From Bdellovibrionales bacterium (GTDB lineage Bacteria; Bdellovibrionota; Bdellovibrionia; Bdellovibrionales; JAGQZY01), in contig JANPLN010000009.1 of NCBI GenBank assembly GCA_031426555.1, forward strand, positions 1 to 64,000: a stretch of DNA of 64,000 bases. Reading direction: 5' to 3'. Below the pieces are notes generated by a model. It was not told where the DNA came from, searched no databases, and saw only the letters and a program-made list of their open reading frames with translations. A program made the translations under genes and the position numbers. Position 1 is the stretch's first letter; each line of letters opens with the position of its first letter. This document shows positions 1 to 9,777 of the stretch, in pieces.

Positions 1-694
1 GCAAGAAGATCCAGATCTATTATGTTTGCAGGAAACCAAGGCCCACAAAGATCAGCTCGAGCCCATTCTTTTTAGCCCCACGCCCGATTATTCAAGTTAT
101 TGGTCCTCGGCGTCACGAAAGGGTTATTCCGGCGTTGTGACCTATTCGAAAAAAGAGCCGCTTTTGGTGGAGCATGGGATTGGTCTGGAAAAGTTTGATT
201 CTGAAGGGCGATTTATTATCACGCACTTTAAAGACTTTGTTTTATATAATGTTTATTTTCCAAATGGGGCCGCGCGCCTCGAACGCCACAATTTTAAACA
301 AGAGTTTTTAGAATTGTTTCATTTGCACTTAAGAAAGCAGATGGAAAGCGGCAAAAAAATAATTTTGGTTGGGGACTACAATATCGCCCACAAAGAGGTG
401 GATATTTACGATCCCGTTCGTCTAAAAAACACGAGCGGTTTTTTGCCCGAAGAGCGCAAATGGTTTGATGGTTTTATACAGTCGGGATTCACCGATACCT
501 TTCGCCACAAGCATCCTTCAGAAAAAGAAAAATACACGTGGTGGTCCTATCAGGAATTAGCCCGCCCCGCGAATCGTGGCTGGAGAATTGATTACATCTG
601 CGTAAGTCACACTCTGCAGGCGCATATTCAACGAGCTGATATTTTGGATCAGCAGCACGGGTCGGATCATTGCCCCGTGCTTTTGAAGATGTAA
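1..694 (+). CDS. xth: Exodeoxyribonuclease III / AP endonuclease (5'-truncated by window edge)
   Basis: Frame is open from the window start (..DPDLLCLQETK). Motifs GYSGV, YFPNG, GDYNIAH, YTWWSY, GWRIDY, GSDHCP. Confidence 0.95.
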   Translation, partial: QEDPDLLCLQETKAHKDQLEPILFSPTPDYSSYWSSASRKGYSGVVTYSKKEPLLVEHGIGLEKFDSEGRFIITHFKDFVLYNVYFPNGAARLERHNFKQEFLELFHLHLRKQMESGKKIILVGDYNIAHKEVDIYDPVRLKNTSGFLPEERKWFDGFIQSGFTDTFRHKHPSEKEKYTWWSYQELARPANRGWRIDYICVSHTLQAHIQRADILDQQHGSDHCPVLLKM

Positions 695-697
695 CGA

Positions 698-1912
698 TTA
701 ATTATTAAACAGATCTTCCATAAATTGAACTTTATCCTGGCACTTCGGATCGTTCCAAAGATCATCGACAAATGTCGTTAGAACTTTATCTTTCTTGCCT
801 GTTTTTACGAGATCGACGGAGTACACATTTCCCTCTTTATGGGACATAAAATAATGTGTCACGGTTTCTGCGAAATCTTCTGTGTAATCGACCATTGCAT
901 AAAGCGAAGAGAAACAGGTGCTGTTGAGGTGCTTATATATTACAAAGGCTTCTCGATCGGTAAATTTAGCGCTTTCGTCTGTGCTGTAAAATTTGATCGC
1001 TTTGTTTTTCAAAACTGGATCCAAATAAGCGGGAACATTGCGCGAGGCCAAATAGGCGGGTTCTGAAGTTGCTGTTTGGCCTTCAGTTAAAATCCAAGCA
1101 TAGGTTAAAAAGGGAAAGGCTTTATCTAATGGTTCGCTAGCGCCGGACCATTTTTGAAATTCCGTAAAAGGAATCGCTTTGTTTCTGTATTTAAAAGCTG
1201 GGTGAATGCTTGGCACAGCGTTCACAATAAGATGCGCAGTCTCATGAATCAAAAAATGGCGCAGATTATCGGTAAGGGTGCTTTTTTCTCCAGGGCGAGC
1301 GTACGACATAGAAAGTTTGGATTTACTATCTACAAAAGCGGTTTCTTCGCGAAATGCCAACCACTCGTTGAGTGTTCGATTTTGAATATTGTCGGCGTTA
1401 ATAATAATAACTGCTCCGGGCTTTAGCGGAACGCCTGTTGTTTCCAACACAGAGGATGCAAATCCCGTCCATCCCACTCCGCTCACCAGCATAAACCCAT
1501 AAAAGTGCTCATTGATATATTTAGTGAGGGGAGCCGGGAGCTCGTTAAGAGCCTTTTGTGCGGCGGCGATGAGTTGTGGATCGGAGGCCGGCTTAATATT
1601 TTCGTAGGGAAAGTCCCAAAGAAGATTGTCGAGGGTCATGAATTGAATCATCTCTTCGGTGGCAACAACGAGTCGATCTTCCACTGGTTTTTTGATCACA
1701 GCTTGCCACTCTGGCAGCGAAGTGAAGTTCATGGGATGGTTATTATAAAAAGTTTCGACACAGGCTTTGTCGTAGATAAATTGCGATGACTGAAGAGCCG
1801 CGCAGCCTGTAAAGGCGAGATCCACTTTAGATTCGAGTTGTGTTGTTGCAAACAGACTCTGCACGTTGATCGTCATAAGAACGAATATGATGCTATGAAT
1901 AAATTTTGACAT
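698..1912 (-). CDS. Secreted putative zinc metallopeptidase-like protein
   Basis: N-terminal signal peptide, HExxH (HETAH) and a downstream EDFAET third-ligand-like motif. Confidence 0.6.
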   Translation of the reverse strand: MSKFIHSIIFVLMTINVQSLFATTQLESKVDLAFTGCAALQSSQFIYDKACVETFYNNHPMNFTSLPEWQAVIKKPVEDRLVVATEEMIQFMTLDNLLWDFPYENIKPASDPQLIAAAQKALNELPAPLTKYINEHFYGFMLVSGVGWTGFASSVLETTGVPLKPGAVIIINADNIQNRTLNEWLAFREETAFVDSKSKLSMSYARPGEKSTLTDNLRHFLIHETAHLIVNAVPSIHPAFKYRNKAIPFTEFQKWSGASEPLDKAFPFLTYAWILTEGQTATSEPAYLASRNVPAYLDPVLKNKAIKFYSTDESAKFTDREAFVIYKHLNSTCFSSLYAMVDYTEDFAETVTHYFMSHKEGNVYSVDLVKTGKKDKVLTTFVDDLWNDPKCQDKVQFMEDLFNN

Positions 1913-1957
1913 AAAATCCCCCCGTCATTTATTGACTTGAGGGATGGTTAACAGAAG

Positions 1958-2797
1958 TTATTGAAGATGACAAAGGCTGAGATCAATTTTTTTGCTCTGA
2001 TTAAAGCACGCATTGAGATCAACGATGGGAATGGCGTAGATTGCGCCGTTATAACTCGTGGAATTACCGCTTTCGCGTTCGCGCTCGCAGGGATTCATAA
2101 CGGTGCACTTTTGACCACCCTCATACATCGTGTTCATAAGGGCCACGAGATTTCCTGCGGCATCAAGAACCGGAGAGCCCGATGCGCCGCCCTGGGCGTG
2201 GCAGTTTTCGCCCGTTAAGCGCAGCACATTGTGCCATACCCAAAAGCCTTCAATGACCATGTCGGCGTAGGCTTCAAGCTGGCAACTCACTTGGCTTCCC
2301 CAAGCACTGGAGTGGTACGTCACTTGTGATTGAAGTGACGGAATTTTTGAACCTAAGATGAGGGGATAATATCCGCCCTCTTCAAGGAGCGCATAGGTGT
2401 GTTCGATTTCGTAAATGGCGAGATCTTTTTTGTACATCGTAGCAACAAGCAGACGAGCCGTGCTGTTATAGTTAATATCTATTTGACCCTCACTTGCCGT
2501 ATTTTTTTTAAAAAGAACAAGGTAGGTGTTTGGAGCCTCAACATAATTGAGTTGCTCTGTGGCCGCGAGGTAGGTGCCGCCAAAGATGTTCGCGCTCCCC
2601 ATCCCTGTACAATGACCGTTGGTAATGACCAAGGCTTTTTGATTCTTGTCGTAACCCTGGGGGGCGAAAATGCTACCCGAGCAAAAAGAGCCGGGATTTT
2701 CGATGTAGACAAGTCCGTCAACAATGGGCGCTGCTGCCCATGCGCTAGAGGAGAGTAAGTCGGCGGAGATTGCGATTAGTAAATGCGTAAAGTTCAT
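1958..2797 (-). CDS. Secreted trypsin-like (S1) serine protease
   Basis: Likely start MNFTH at 2797 with signal peptide. Triad motifs TNGHC, KDLAI, GASGSP. Confidence 0.85.
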   Translation of the reverse strand: MNFTHLLIAISADLLSSSAWAAAPIVDGLVYIENPGSFCSGSIFAPQGYDKNQKALVITNGHCTGMGSANIFGGTYLAATEQLNYVEAPNTYLVLFKKNTASEGQIDINYNSTARLLVATMYKKDLAIYEIEHTYALLEEGGYYPLILGSKIPSLQSQVTYHSSAWGSQVSCQLEAYADMVIEGFWVWHNVLRLTGENCHAQGGASGSPVLDAAGNLVALMNTMYEGGQKCTVMNPCERERESGNSTSYNGAIYAIPIVDLNACFNQSKKIDLSLCHLQ

Positions 2798-2854
2798 AAA
2801 AGTCTTTCTTTTAAAAAAAATTAAATAGTGATTAGAGTTGTTCAGACAGATAGT

Positions 2855-2870
2855 AGCAACCGGTGTGCCG
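2855..2870 (-). promoter_or_regulatory. Putative sigma54 (-24/-12) promoter of the serine protease
   Basis: Minus strand CGGCACaccggTTGCT with GG-N10-GC spacing, ~60 nt upstream of the ATG. Confidence 0.65.
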
Positions 2871-2958
2871 GTGTCTGAGAGGATATAAATAAGCCTCAAG
2901 CAGTTCTGTGAATTTTCACCTGTCTAAGCAAAACACAAGGATGACTTTTTTACAGACA

Positions 2959-3005
2959 TATCAACTGGACTATCAGTTGGATTTGCAGTTGGAGTTATCG
3001 ACTGG
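2959..3005. repeat. Four imperfect 12-bp tandem repeats
   Basis: tatcaactggac / tatcagttggat / ttgcagttggag / ttatcgactgg between divergent genes. Confidence 0.5.
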
Positions 3006-3043
3006 TGTGGGCAGTGACAGCGGAGTTTGATATCCTCACTGAT

Positions 3044-3499
3044 ATGAAAACTCTTCTCGTTAGCATCCTCTTTTTTATGCAGTTATCTACCCATGCAGCT
3101 TGTATCGCTCAAAATAAGGTTAAATTGCACGCCAAGCCCGATCCCAAAGCCAAAGTGAGTTGGATGGTGGGTGAGAACATGCCGGTGCTTGAGATTAACA
3201 AAAAAGGCGCTTGGTACGAGGTGCAGGATTTTGAAGGCGAGAAGCATTGGGTGCATGCACGCCACCTCACGTGGAAGGGCAGCTGTGTTGTTGTGAAGTC
3301 GCTTGTGGCAAAACTGCGACTGGGGCCGGGGCAGAAGTTTGCCTCTACAGATTTGGGAAGCGTTAAACGTTACGCCGTTTTTAAAAAAGTGGGTCGCGAT
3401 GATGATTGGCTCAAATTACAGGACAGCTACGGCCAAATTCACTGGGCCCATGAGAACAATTTTTGGGAGCCTCGCGAGTATTCCCGGGTGAATTTTTAA
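3044..3499 (+). CDS. Secreted tandem bacterial SH3-domain protein
   Basis: Signal peptide from MKTLL. Two SH3b-like repeats (LHAKP..WYEVQDFEGEKHWV; LRLGPG..WLKLQDSYGQIHWA). Confidence 0.8.
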   Translation: MKTLLVSILFFMQLSTHAACIAQNKVKLHAKPDPKAKVSWMVGENMPVLEINKKGAWYEVQDFEGEKHWVHARHLTWKGSCVVVKSLVAKLRLGPGQKFASTDLGSVKRYAVFKKVGRDDDWLKLQDSYGQIHWAHENNFWEPREYSRVNF

Positions 3500-3796
3500 A
3501 TAAGAATGCGACTGTTTTTCGCATCACATCACAACCCAAAATACTAGGTGCCTATTAAGAAAACATTCGTCGCGGAAGCCAGTTCCGGTGCGGATTTCCG
3601 GCACGACGTTGGTCCAGGTATAAGCAAGACTTTGATCAAGTATCTAATATTTTTAAGATATTTTAAGTAAATTGACTTGCCTTTTTTCTTCGTCACGTGT
3701 CTTAATAGTCCCCAGTTCCAAAACGGGACTTGGAGCTGGGAAAGAATTCAAAACCTCAGGGGTGGGGTTTCGAGTCTTAAAACATGGAGGGGAAAT

Positions 3797-4174
3797 ATGC
3801 CTATGATTACGAAGGCCTTAGTGGATGAGTGCCGCGGCAAATTGTTAGAAACGAAGGAAGATATCCTGAACCGCGTACAGGAAGTCCGCAAGGACCTTTA
3901 CTTCGAGGATAAGGGTGGGGACGAAGCTGATCAAACAGCGCGCATTCTCAACGAGAAAGAGATCCTAACGCTGCACGATCGCTTACGTGGGCAGTTGTTT
4001 GAGATCGAGCAAGCTCTGTCGCGCATCGAAATCGGTACGTTTGGGGTTTGTGAAGAGACCGAGGAGCAGATCGAGCCAGAGCGCCTTAGAGCGATTCCCT
4101 GGACACGCCTTAGCATCGAAGGTGCTGAAATTCGAGAAAGCATGAAAAAGCGTTACGCCCAAGGCGGCGAGTAA
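3797..4174 (+). CDS. dksA: DksA/TraR family transcription factor, single-Cys (zinc-finger-degenerate) type
   Basis: RBS GGAGG upstream. Coiled-coil tip DEAD, ALSRIE.GTFGVCEET..I..ERL.AIPWTRLSIE. Confidence 0.85.
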   Translation: MPMITKALVDECRGKLLETKEDILNRVQEVRKDLYFEDKGGDEADQTARILNEKEILTLHDRLRGQLFEIEQALSRIEIGTFGVCEETEEQIEPERLRAIPWTRLSIEGAEIRESMKKRYAQGGE

Positions 4175-4179
4175 GCAAA

Positions 4180-7100
4180 CTACTCGCTCTTCGCGATCCA
4201 TTTCATATAAAGATAGGGAACAACGAAGAGCGTGGAGAGTGTTGCGGTGATAATGCCGCCCACGACAACGATGGCTAAGGGTCTTTGAACTTCTGAGCCC
4301 ATTCCCGAACTAAAAATCATCGGCAAGAATCCGAAGGCGGCCACCATAGCCGTCATCAAGACCGGGCGAAGGCGCGTTTGGCAAGAATGCGTAACAGCTT
4401 CTAAGGCGGTTTTAAATTCGTGACGGGTTTCGATCATAAATTCAACAAGCACCATGCAATTTAAAATCGAAATTCCCATGAGTGCGATAAAACCGATAAT
4501 GGCCGAAACGCTAAGATCCACACCAAACAGCCATAGCGAAATCAATCCGCCACTGACCGAAAAGGGAATTCCCGAAACCACCAGGGCCGTGATTTTGAAA
4601 TTTTGAAAATGGCTAAAAATCAAAAACAGAATGGCGAATAGTACGGCGGGGATAATGATCGCCAAACGAAGGCGCGCCCGTTCTAAATTTTTAAACTGGC
4701 CGCCCCACTCCATGCGAACACCGGGCTCCAGTTTTAGTTTTTTACCAAGGTGGCGCTTAGCTTTTTGCACATAGCCACCGATGTCGGTGCCTTTGAGAAA
4801 AATCGAGATGGCGCCGTAACGTTCCCCAAAACTGCGCGCAATGGTTGTCACGCTGGTTTTGTTTTCAAATGTTGCAATTTGCCCCAACTTCACCTCGCCG
4901 CCATCTTGGGTCGAAATTAAAAGATTTGGTATTTGCTTTGGATCATTGCGATATTTTTCGTCCAGCTTCATCACGATGGGGTAACGCCACAGAGTATCCT
5001 GAAAACTTCCCACGCGTTCGCCAGCAAGCAATGAGCTGATAGCCAGTTGGGCTGAGGGCAAAGAGACATTGAATTGCGTGAGCTTATCCAGGTCGAATTC
5101 GATATTCAGGTTGGGGCTCATGCGAAGTGCGGTGAGAGCATCCACTTGCACTTCGCTGGTCTCAGCAAAGCCTTCCAAAATCTCCATGGCCTGCTCCACG
5201 TAACTCAAAAGTTGCTGCAGATCGGAGCCATAAAAACGCAAAGACACATCGGCGCGGCTTCCTTCGAGCATTTCGTTAAAACGCATTTCGATGGGCTGAG
5301 TGGGGCTGAGTTCCACGTCGGGAAAGCGTGTTTTCAAAGCGACCACAATTTTATCGAGTGCTGCTTCGGTCATTTGATTTGTGAGGCCGTCTTTTTTAAG
5401 GATTATAAAAGTATCCGCAAAATTTGGTCCCATGGGATCTGTCGCTGACTCCGGGGTACCGAGGCGGGAGAAAACATGTTCCACTGCGGAAAATTGCCGA
5501 ATGATTTTTTCCACTTCTTTCTGCTGCTCGATGGATTCTGTTAAAGAGATCTTTGCATCGCGAATCACGCCAACGACAAGATCATGCTCGTTGAGCTGCG
5601 GAACAAATTCGGAGCCAGCGCGGTAAAAGATGAGGACTGTGAAAAAAAATAAAATTCCCATCGCCGTCGGAATGGCCCAGGCATGGGCGAGGGCTTTTTT
5701 TAAAGCCAAAGAGTACCCGCGCAACACGGTTGCAAAAACTTTGGTCTCCGCATGGTCCTTGTGCTGAGCATTTTTAAGTAAGTACGAGCTCAAAGTGGGC
5801 ATTAAAACAATGGCTACAATAAGGCTTGCACTGAGTGCTGCGATCACTGTCATCGCCATCGGGTGAAATAGCTTGCCCTCTGTGCCTTCAAGGCCAAGAA
5901 TAGGAACATAGACCAACACAATAATCCCAATTCCCAAAAGTACAGGTTTTGAAACCTCGGCACAGGCGGCGATGATCGTCTCCTTGACCGAGACGGTCGT
6001 TGTGCGCAGACGGCGTAGAATATTTTCTACAATAACCACCGAGCCATCAACCAATAGACCAAAATCAATGGCCCCAAGGCTCATCAAATTTGCCGTGATG
6101 TGTAGCGGTCCCATGAGAAGTGTGGCCATGAGCATCGAAAACGGAATGGCCAAGGCCACCATCATGGCTACCGAAAAGCGCCCAAGAAAAATAATCAAGA
6201 TAACAATCACCAGCAGCGCACCCTCGATCAGATTGGTCATCACTGTTTTGATGGTGGCGCCGACCAAATACGATCGCGAGTAAACTACGTTCAATTGCAC
6301 ATCCTGCGGCAATGGAAGTTGTAGCACGGCAGCCTCTAAGTCAGTGGCCACCTGCTTCGAGTTTGCACCCACGGCCATAAGAGCAGTTCCCAGGACAACC
6401 TCCTGCCCATCGTAGGTAGCAGCTCCCACGCGCAGAGGTTTACCGATTTCGACGTCGGCAATCTCCTTTAGCTTTACGATTTTTCCGGAGTAGTTGAGTT
6501 TCACCGGAATATTTTGCAACTGTTCGACGTTATAAAGAGCCGTGGTGGTTTTTACGATGATTTGCTCTTTGTCGCTTTCAAAGTACCCGCCACCAAAATT
6601 TTCACCGATGGTGGCTAATTGATCGCGCAGCTGCTCGATGCGCAGTCCATACTGGCGCATTTTAAAAGGGTCCAGACTGATATGAATTTCTTTGGGATAA
6701 CCGCCATTGGTGTCAATTTCGGCCACGCCTTTTATTTTTTTTAATTGCGGGCGCACAGTTTGTTCTTGGATTGTTCGCAAATAAATTAAATCTTCAACCG
6801 ACGGAGGAGTGGAAGAATCTTTTTTTTTGAGCACGTACATAAACACTTCGCCAAGACCGGTGGTGGGGGGCGCCATCTCGGGGACAAGTCCTGCAGGCAT
6901 TTGCGTGGGAAGTCGCTGGAGTCGTTGCGAAACTAAATTTCGCGCATGATACAGATCGGTTCCGTCTTTAAATATAAGGTTCACCTGCGATAGGCCAAAT
7001 TTGGATATGGAGCGGATTTCATCCAGGTTTTCAATTCCCGACAATTCAGTTTCGATGATTTTGGTCACCAACTTTTCGATTTGGTCGGGTTCTAACGGCC

Positions 7101-7257
7101 CAGTGAGGGTGTTGACCATCACTTGCACATTTGTAATATCTGGCACGGCATCCACCGGCAGATTTAAAGTTTTATAGATCCCAGCCAGACTTAAAAAGAA
7201 AAACAGTGCAAGAACCGTAGAGCGCCGTTCGATCAAAAAGCTATAAATGGATTTCAT
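4180..7257 (-). CDS. czcA: CusA/CzcA-family heavy-metal efflux RND permease
   Basis: LPVDAVPDIT N-terminus, TM4 motif GAIDFGLLVDGSVVIVEN, C-terminal RLRPVLMTA..GSEVQRPLA. RBS AAGGAG before ATG 7257. Confidence 0.92.
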   Translation of the reverse strand: MKSIYSFLIERRSTVLALFFFLSLAGIYKTLNLPVDAVPDITNVQVMVNTLTGPLEPDQIEKLVTKIIETELSGIENLDEIRSISKFGLSQVNLIFKDGTDLYHARNLVSQRLQRLPTQMPAGLVPEMAPPTTGLGEVFMYVLKKKDSSTPPSVEDLIYLRTIQEQTVRPQLKKIKGVAEIDTNGGYPKEIHISLDPFKMRQYGLRIEQLRDQLATIGENFGGGYFESDKEQIIVKTTTALYNVEQLQNIPVKLNYSGKIVKLKEIADVEIGKPLRVGAATYDGQEVVLGTALMAVGANSKQVATDLEAAVLQLPLPQDVQLNVVYSRSYLVGATIKTVMTNLIEGALLVIVILIIFLGRFSVAMMVALAIPFSMLMATLLMGPLHITANLMSLGAIDFGLLVDGSVVIVENILRRLRTTTVSVKETIIAACAEVSKPVLLGIGIIVLVYVPILGLEGTEGKLFHPMAMTVIAALSASLIVAIVLMPTLSSYLLKNAQHKDHAETKVFATVLRGYSLALKKALAHAWAIPTAMGILFFFTVLIFYRAGSEFVPQLNEHDLVVGVIRDAKISLTESIEQQKEVEKIIRQFSAVEHVFSRLGTPESATDPMGPNFADTFIILKKDGLTNQMTEAALDKIVVALKTRFPDVELSPTQPIEMRFNEMLEGSRADVSLRFYGSDLQQLLSYVEQAMEILEGFAETSEVQVDALTALRMSPNLNIEFDLDKLTQFNVSLPSAQLAISSLLAGERVGSFQDTLWRYPIVMKLDEKYRNDPKQIPNLLISTQDGGEVKLGQIATFENKTSVTTIARSFGERYGAISIFLKGTDIGGYVQKAKRHLGKKLKLEPGVRMEWGGQFKNLERARLRLAIIIPAVLFAILFLIFSHFQNFKITALVVSGIPFSVSGGLISLWLFGVDLSVSAIIGFIALMGISILNCMVLVEFMIETRHEFKTALEAVTHSCQTRLRPVLMTAMVAAFGFLPMIFSSGMGSEVQRPLAIVVVGGIITATLSTLFVVPYLYMKWIAKSE

Positions 7258-8494
7258 GAACAACTCCTTGCAAGGGAATCATCTCGCCCACAAGAACAGA
7301 AAGTTGTCCCAGAGCGTGAATGTAGTTCATTTGAATATTGAGAGTCTCGTCAATTAACATATCGTGAGAGAGATCGGCTTCGACAAAAGTCATCAAATCC
7401 ACTTGGCCGCGTTTAAATTGCTCGGTCATCCGCAACATCGTGTCTTCCATCTCGGAAAGTTTTTTAAGCGGAAATTTTTGTATTTGCTCTTTGCTCAAGC
7501 TGTACTGGCTGTAAATATCTTCAAATTCACGAGCGAGCTGCTGGGCGACAAGCTCTTTTTTTGTTTTGGCCTGCTGAAGTGATAAGTGGCTGGCCCGAAC
7601 TTTGTTATTATTCATATTAAAGAGTGGAACGGCCACTTGCAAACCCACCGTGTAGTTGTCTTCGGGATTGCCGCTCTGACCTTTACTGACGCCGCCAGTT
7701 AAAGAGAGATCGGGAAGACGTTGATTTTTTTCGTACGACGATTCGCTTTGGCTGCGCTCGATTTCGAATTTTGAAAGCTCCAAATCGTGATTTGTGCGCA
7801 ACATTTTCTGGTGGTATTCATTTTTAGGAATTTCCAAAGCTTGGTTCACCCAAAAGGTTTGCAGCTGTTGCTGTGTTTCGAGCTGAAGAAGCATGTTGAG
7901 TTGTAGCCAGAGACTGCGCGTGTGCACACTGAGGTCTTCCAGCTCTTTGCGCAGGATGCGAATTTTATTTTCGACAATAAAAGCTTCTGATTTTTTTTGT
8001 GCCGAAACAAACTGCCTCGAACGCAAATAGCCTTTAAGAATTTCGATGCGTTTAACGTGATTGTCGACGCGTTTCATTTTTTCTAAAGCAATATTATACT
8101 GAAATATGAGCTGTAATGTCGAAACCCTCGCAGCGAGCTGTTGATCTTCGAGGTGGTGATTTTCGATGTCGTTTGTGGAACTGGTAATTTTCGACTTCAG
8201 ACGGGTTTTCCACGGAGAGGTGAGGGGTTGCCAAACAGCCACCTGATACTTGTTGATGGTGCTACCCGTGTTATCGTCGCCCTTTTGACTTTCCACAGTC
8301 ACATGTGGGTTGCTCCAAGCCGTTTGCGCGGACCCAAGATATTTTGTTTCTTCCACTTTCAGCGTTTGGATCTTCACTTGCAGGCTGTTGTTGACAGCGC
8401 GCTCAAGAAGTTGATCAATGCCCAGCTTTTCTGAGGCGTCGGCACGGCCGATATGCAGAAGTAGAGATGCGAGGAGGGCTAATTTATCGCTCAC
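7241..8494 (-). CDS. TolC/CzcC-family outer membrane efflux protein
   Basis: Likely GTG start at 8494 with signal peptide (ORF open to 8563). OEP repeat motifs (RLPDLSL..VAVPLFN, EQFKRGQVDLMTFV). Overlaps the czcA start. Confidence 0.85.
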   Translation of the reverse strand: MSDKLALLASLLLHIGRADASEKLGIDQLLERAVNNSLQVKIQTLKVEETKYLGSAQTAWSNPHVTVESQKGDDNTGSTINKYQVAVWQPLTSPWKTRLKSKITSSTNDIENHHLEDQQLAARVSTLQLIFQYNIALEKMKRVDNHVKRIEILKGYLRSRQFVSAQKKSEAFIVENKIRILRKELEDLSVHTRSLWLQLNMLLQLETQQQLQTFWVNQALEIPKNEYHQKMLRTNHDLELSKFEIERSQSESSYEKNQRLPDLSLTGGVSKGQSGNPEDNYTVGLQVAVPLFNMNNNKVRASHLSLQQAKTKKELVAQQLAREFEDIYSQYSLSKEQIQKFPLKKLSEMEDTMLRMTEQFKRGQVDLMTFVEADLSHDMLIDETLNIQMNYIHALGQLSVLVGEMIPLQGVVHEIHL

Positions 8495-8957
8495 TGGCTT
8501 CTTCAACAAGGGCTTGTTCCCACTGTTTTTGTTGATCGAGAGCCGATTGGATTTCGCTGGCACCTCTTACGGGGCCCTTATCGATACCGGGGCAAAAACC
8601 CACCACATCTTTTTTCCAAGATTTGGCCGACATGGTTTCGGGCCAAAACGGCCAAGTTCGACATTGCATGGGGCGAGCCGCGTAAATGGTGCAGCGTTTG
8701 TTTTTTAAAAAAGAGCAGTCTTCGCCGTTATCTTTAAGATGAAAAAAATCATCTGTTTTGTTGCAATGCTTTTTGGTGAAAGCAGCGGTGCTGATGCCAA
8801 GGAGTTTGGCCATGGCCTGCCGATCGCTTTTTGTCACGTAAACAAAACCGTACTCTCCATGGGAGACGCAACAGTTACCGGAGCCTTGGCATTGAAACTG
8901 AACTCCGTTAGCCCACCATTTCTCTGGTTTTCGCTCTGGCGACATTTCTGTTCCCAT
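8484..8957 (-). CDS. YkgJ-family cysteine-cluster protein
   Basis: FQCQGSGNCC, CSFL, CTIYAARPMQCRTWPFW, CPGI. Confidence 0.88.
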   Translation of the reverse strand: MGTEMSPERKPEKWWANGVQFQCQGSGNCCVSHGEYGFVYVTKSDRQAMAKLLGISTAAFTKKHCNKTDDFFHLKDNGEDCSFLKNKRCTIYAARPMQCRTWPFWPETMSAKSWKKDVVGFCPGIDKGPVRGASEIQSALDQQKQWEQALVEEASER

Positions 8958-9754
8958 TAAAACTTCGCAATCAGCGCCGTTACGTGGCGAAAGTCGAAGC
9001 GAATCGTATTTGGCGCCACAGGCAGATTTCGATAATAGCCTTCGTAGCCAAACTTGAGAGAGAAGGTGTCCGACAAAATGGCTGTCATGAAAGGACTAAA
9101 ATTGACTCGATAGTTTTCTTCCTCTTTGAGATCGGGAAGGTATTCTAACCACAAACCAAATTTAATCGAAGGTGTGTAGATGTAGTCTGCTTGTGTGAAC
9201 AGACGAATAAAGTGCGATTCACGATAGGCTGGCGTGGCCGGGTTTGCATCGTCTCTAAATTCTTCTTTTAAAAACTGATAGCCGCCCTCCGTAAACCACT
9301 TGAAAGATTCGTTGGAGATGATGAAATATTTTGCACCCACGTCATAAAGCTGACCAAAATCAACACCCACGAAACGATCGCCGCGCACTCCGGCCTGGGT
9401 GAATAGATTAAAGGTGTTCGGAATAATAATGTGTTCGTAGCGAAGATTGGCAGACCAGTTTTCGGCCACGCCCTCCAATTGACGAGTGGCTTGGTTTTGC
9501 GCTTGCGAATTGAGATAGTGTCCAGAGAGTTTTAAAAGATCACTTTCAAATTGGTACCACGTTGACTGCTTACCACTAAAGGATTGCGACTTGGCGTTAC
9601 CACCGACAACGATGTATCCCGCCTCGCTTTCACTGTGCAAGCCCAGGGCCGCCTCTTTCGCAGCGGCGGCGGCCACAGCAGCTTTGTCGGCAGCTTCATC
9701 GGCCTGCGCGAACGAAGAAACAAACACAAAAAGAAAAGCAAACGAGCGCAACAT
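8957..9754 (-). CDS. DUF481-like outer membrane beta-barrel protein
   Basis: Signal peptide, GGNAKS motif, amphipathic beta strands, C-terminal Phe. Confidence 0.7.
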   Translation of the reverse strand: MLRSFAFLFVFVSSFAQADEAADKAAVAAAAAKEAALGLHSESEAGYIVVGGNAKSQSFSGKQSTWYQFESDLLKLSGHYLNSQAQNQATRQLEGVAENWSANLRYEHIIIPNTFNLFTQAGVRGDRFVGVDFGQLYDVGAKYFIISNESFKWFTEGGYQFLKEEFRDDANPATPAYRESHFIRLFTQADYIYTPSIKFGLWLEYLPDLKEEENYRVNFSPFMTAILSDTFSLKFGYEGYYRNLPVAPNTIRFDFRHVTALIAKF

Positions 9755-9777
9755 GACACCTCCGATGATGGAGACAA

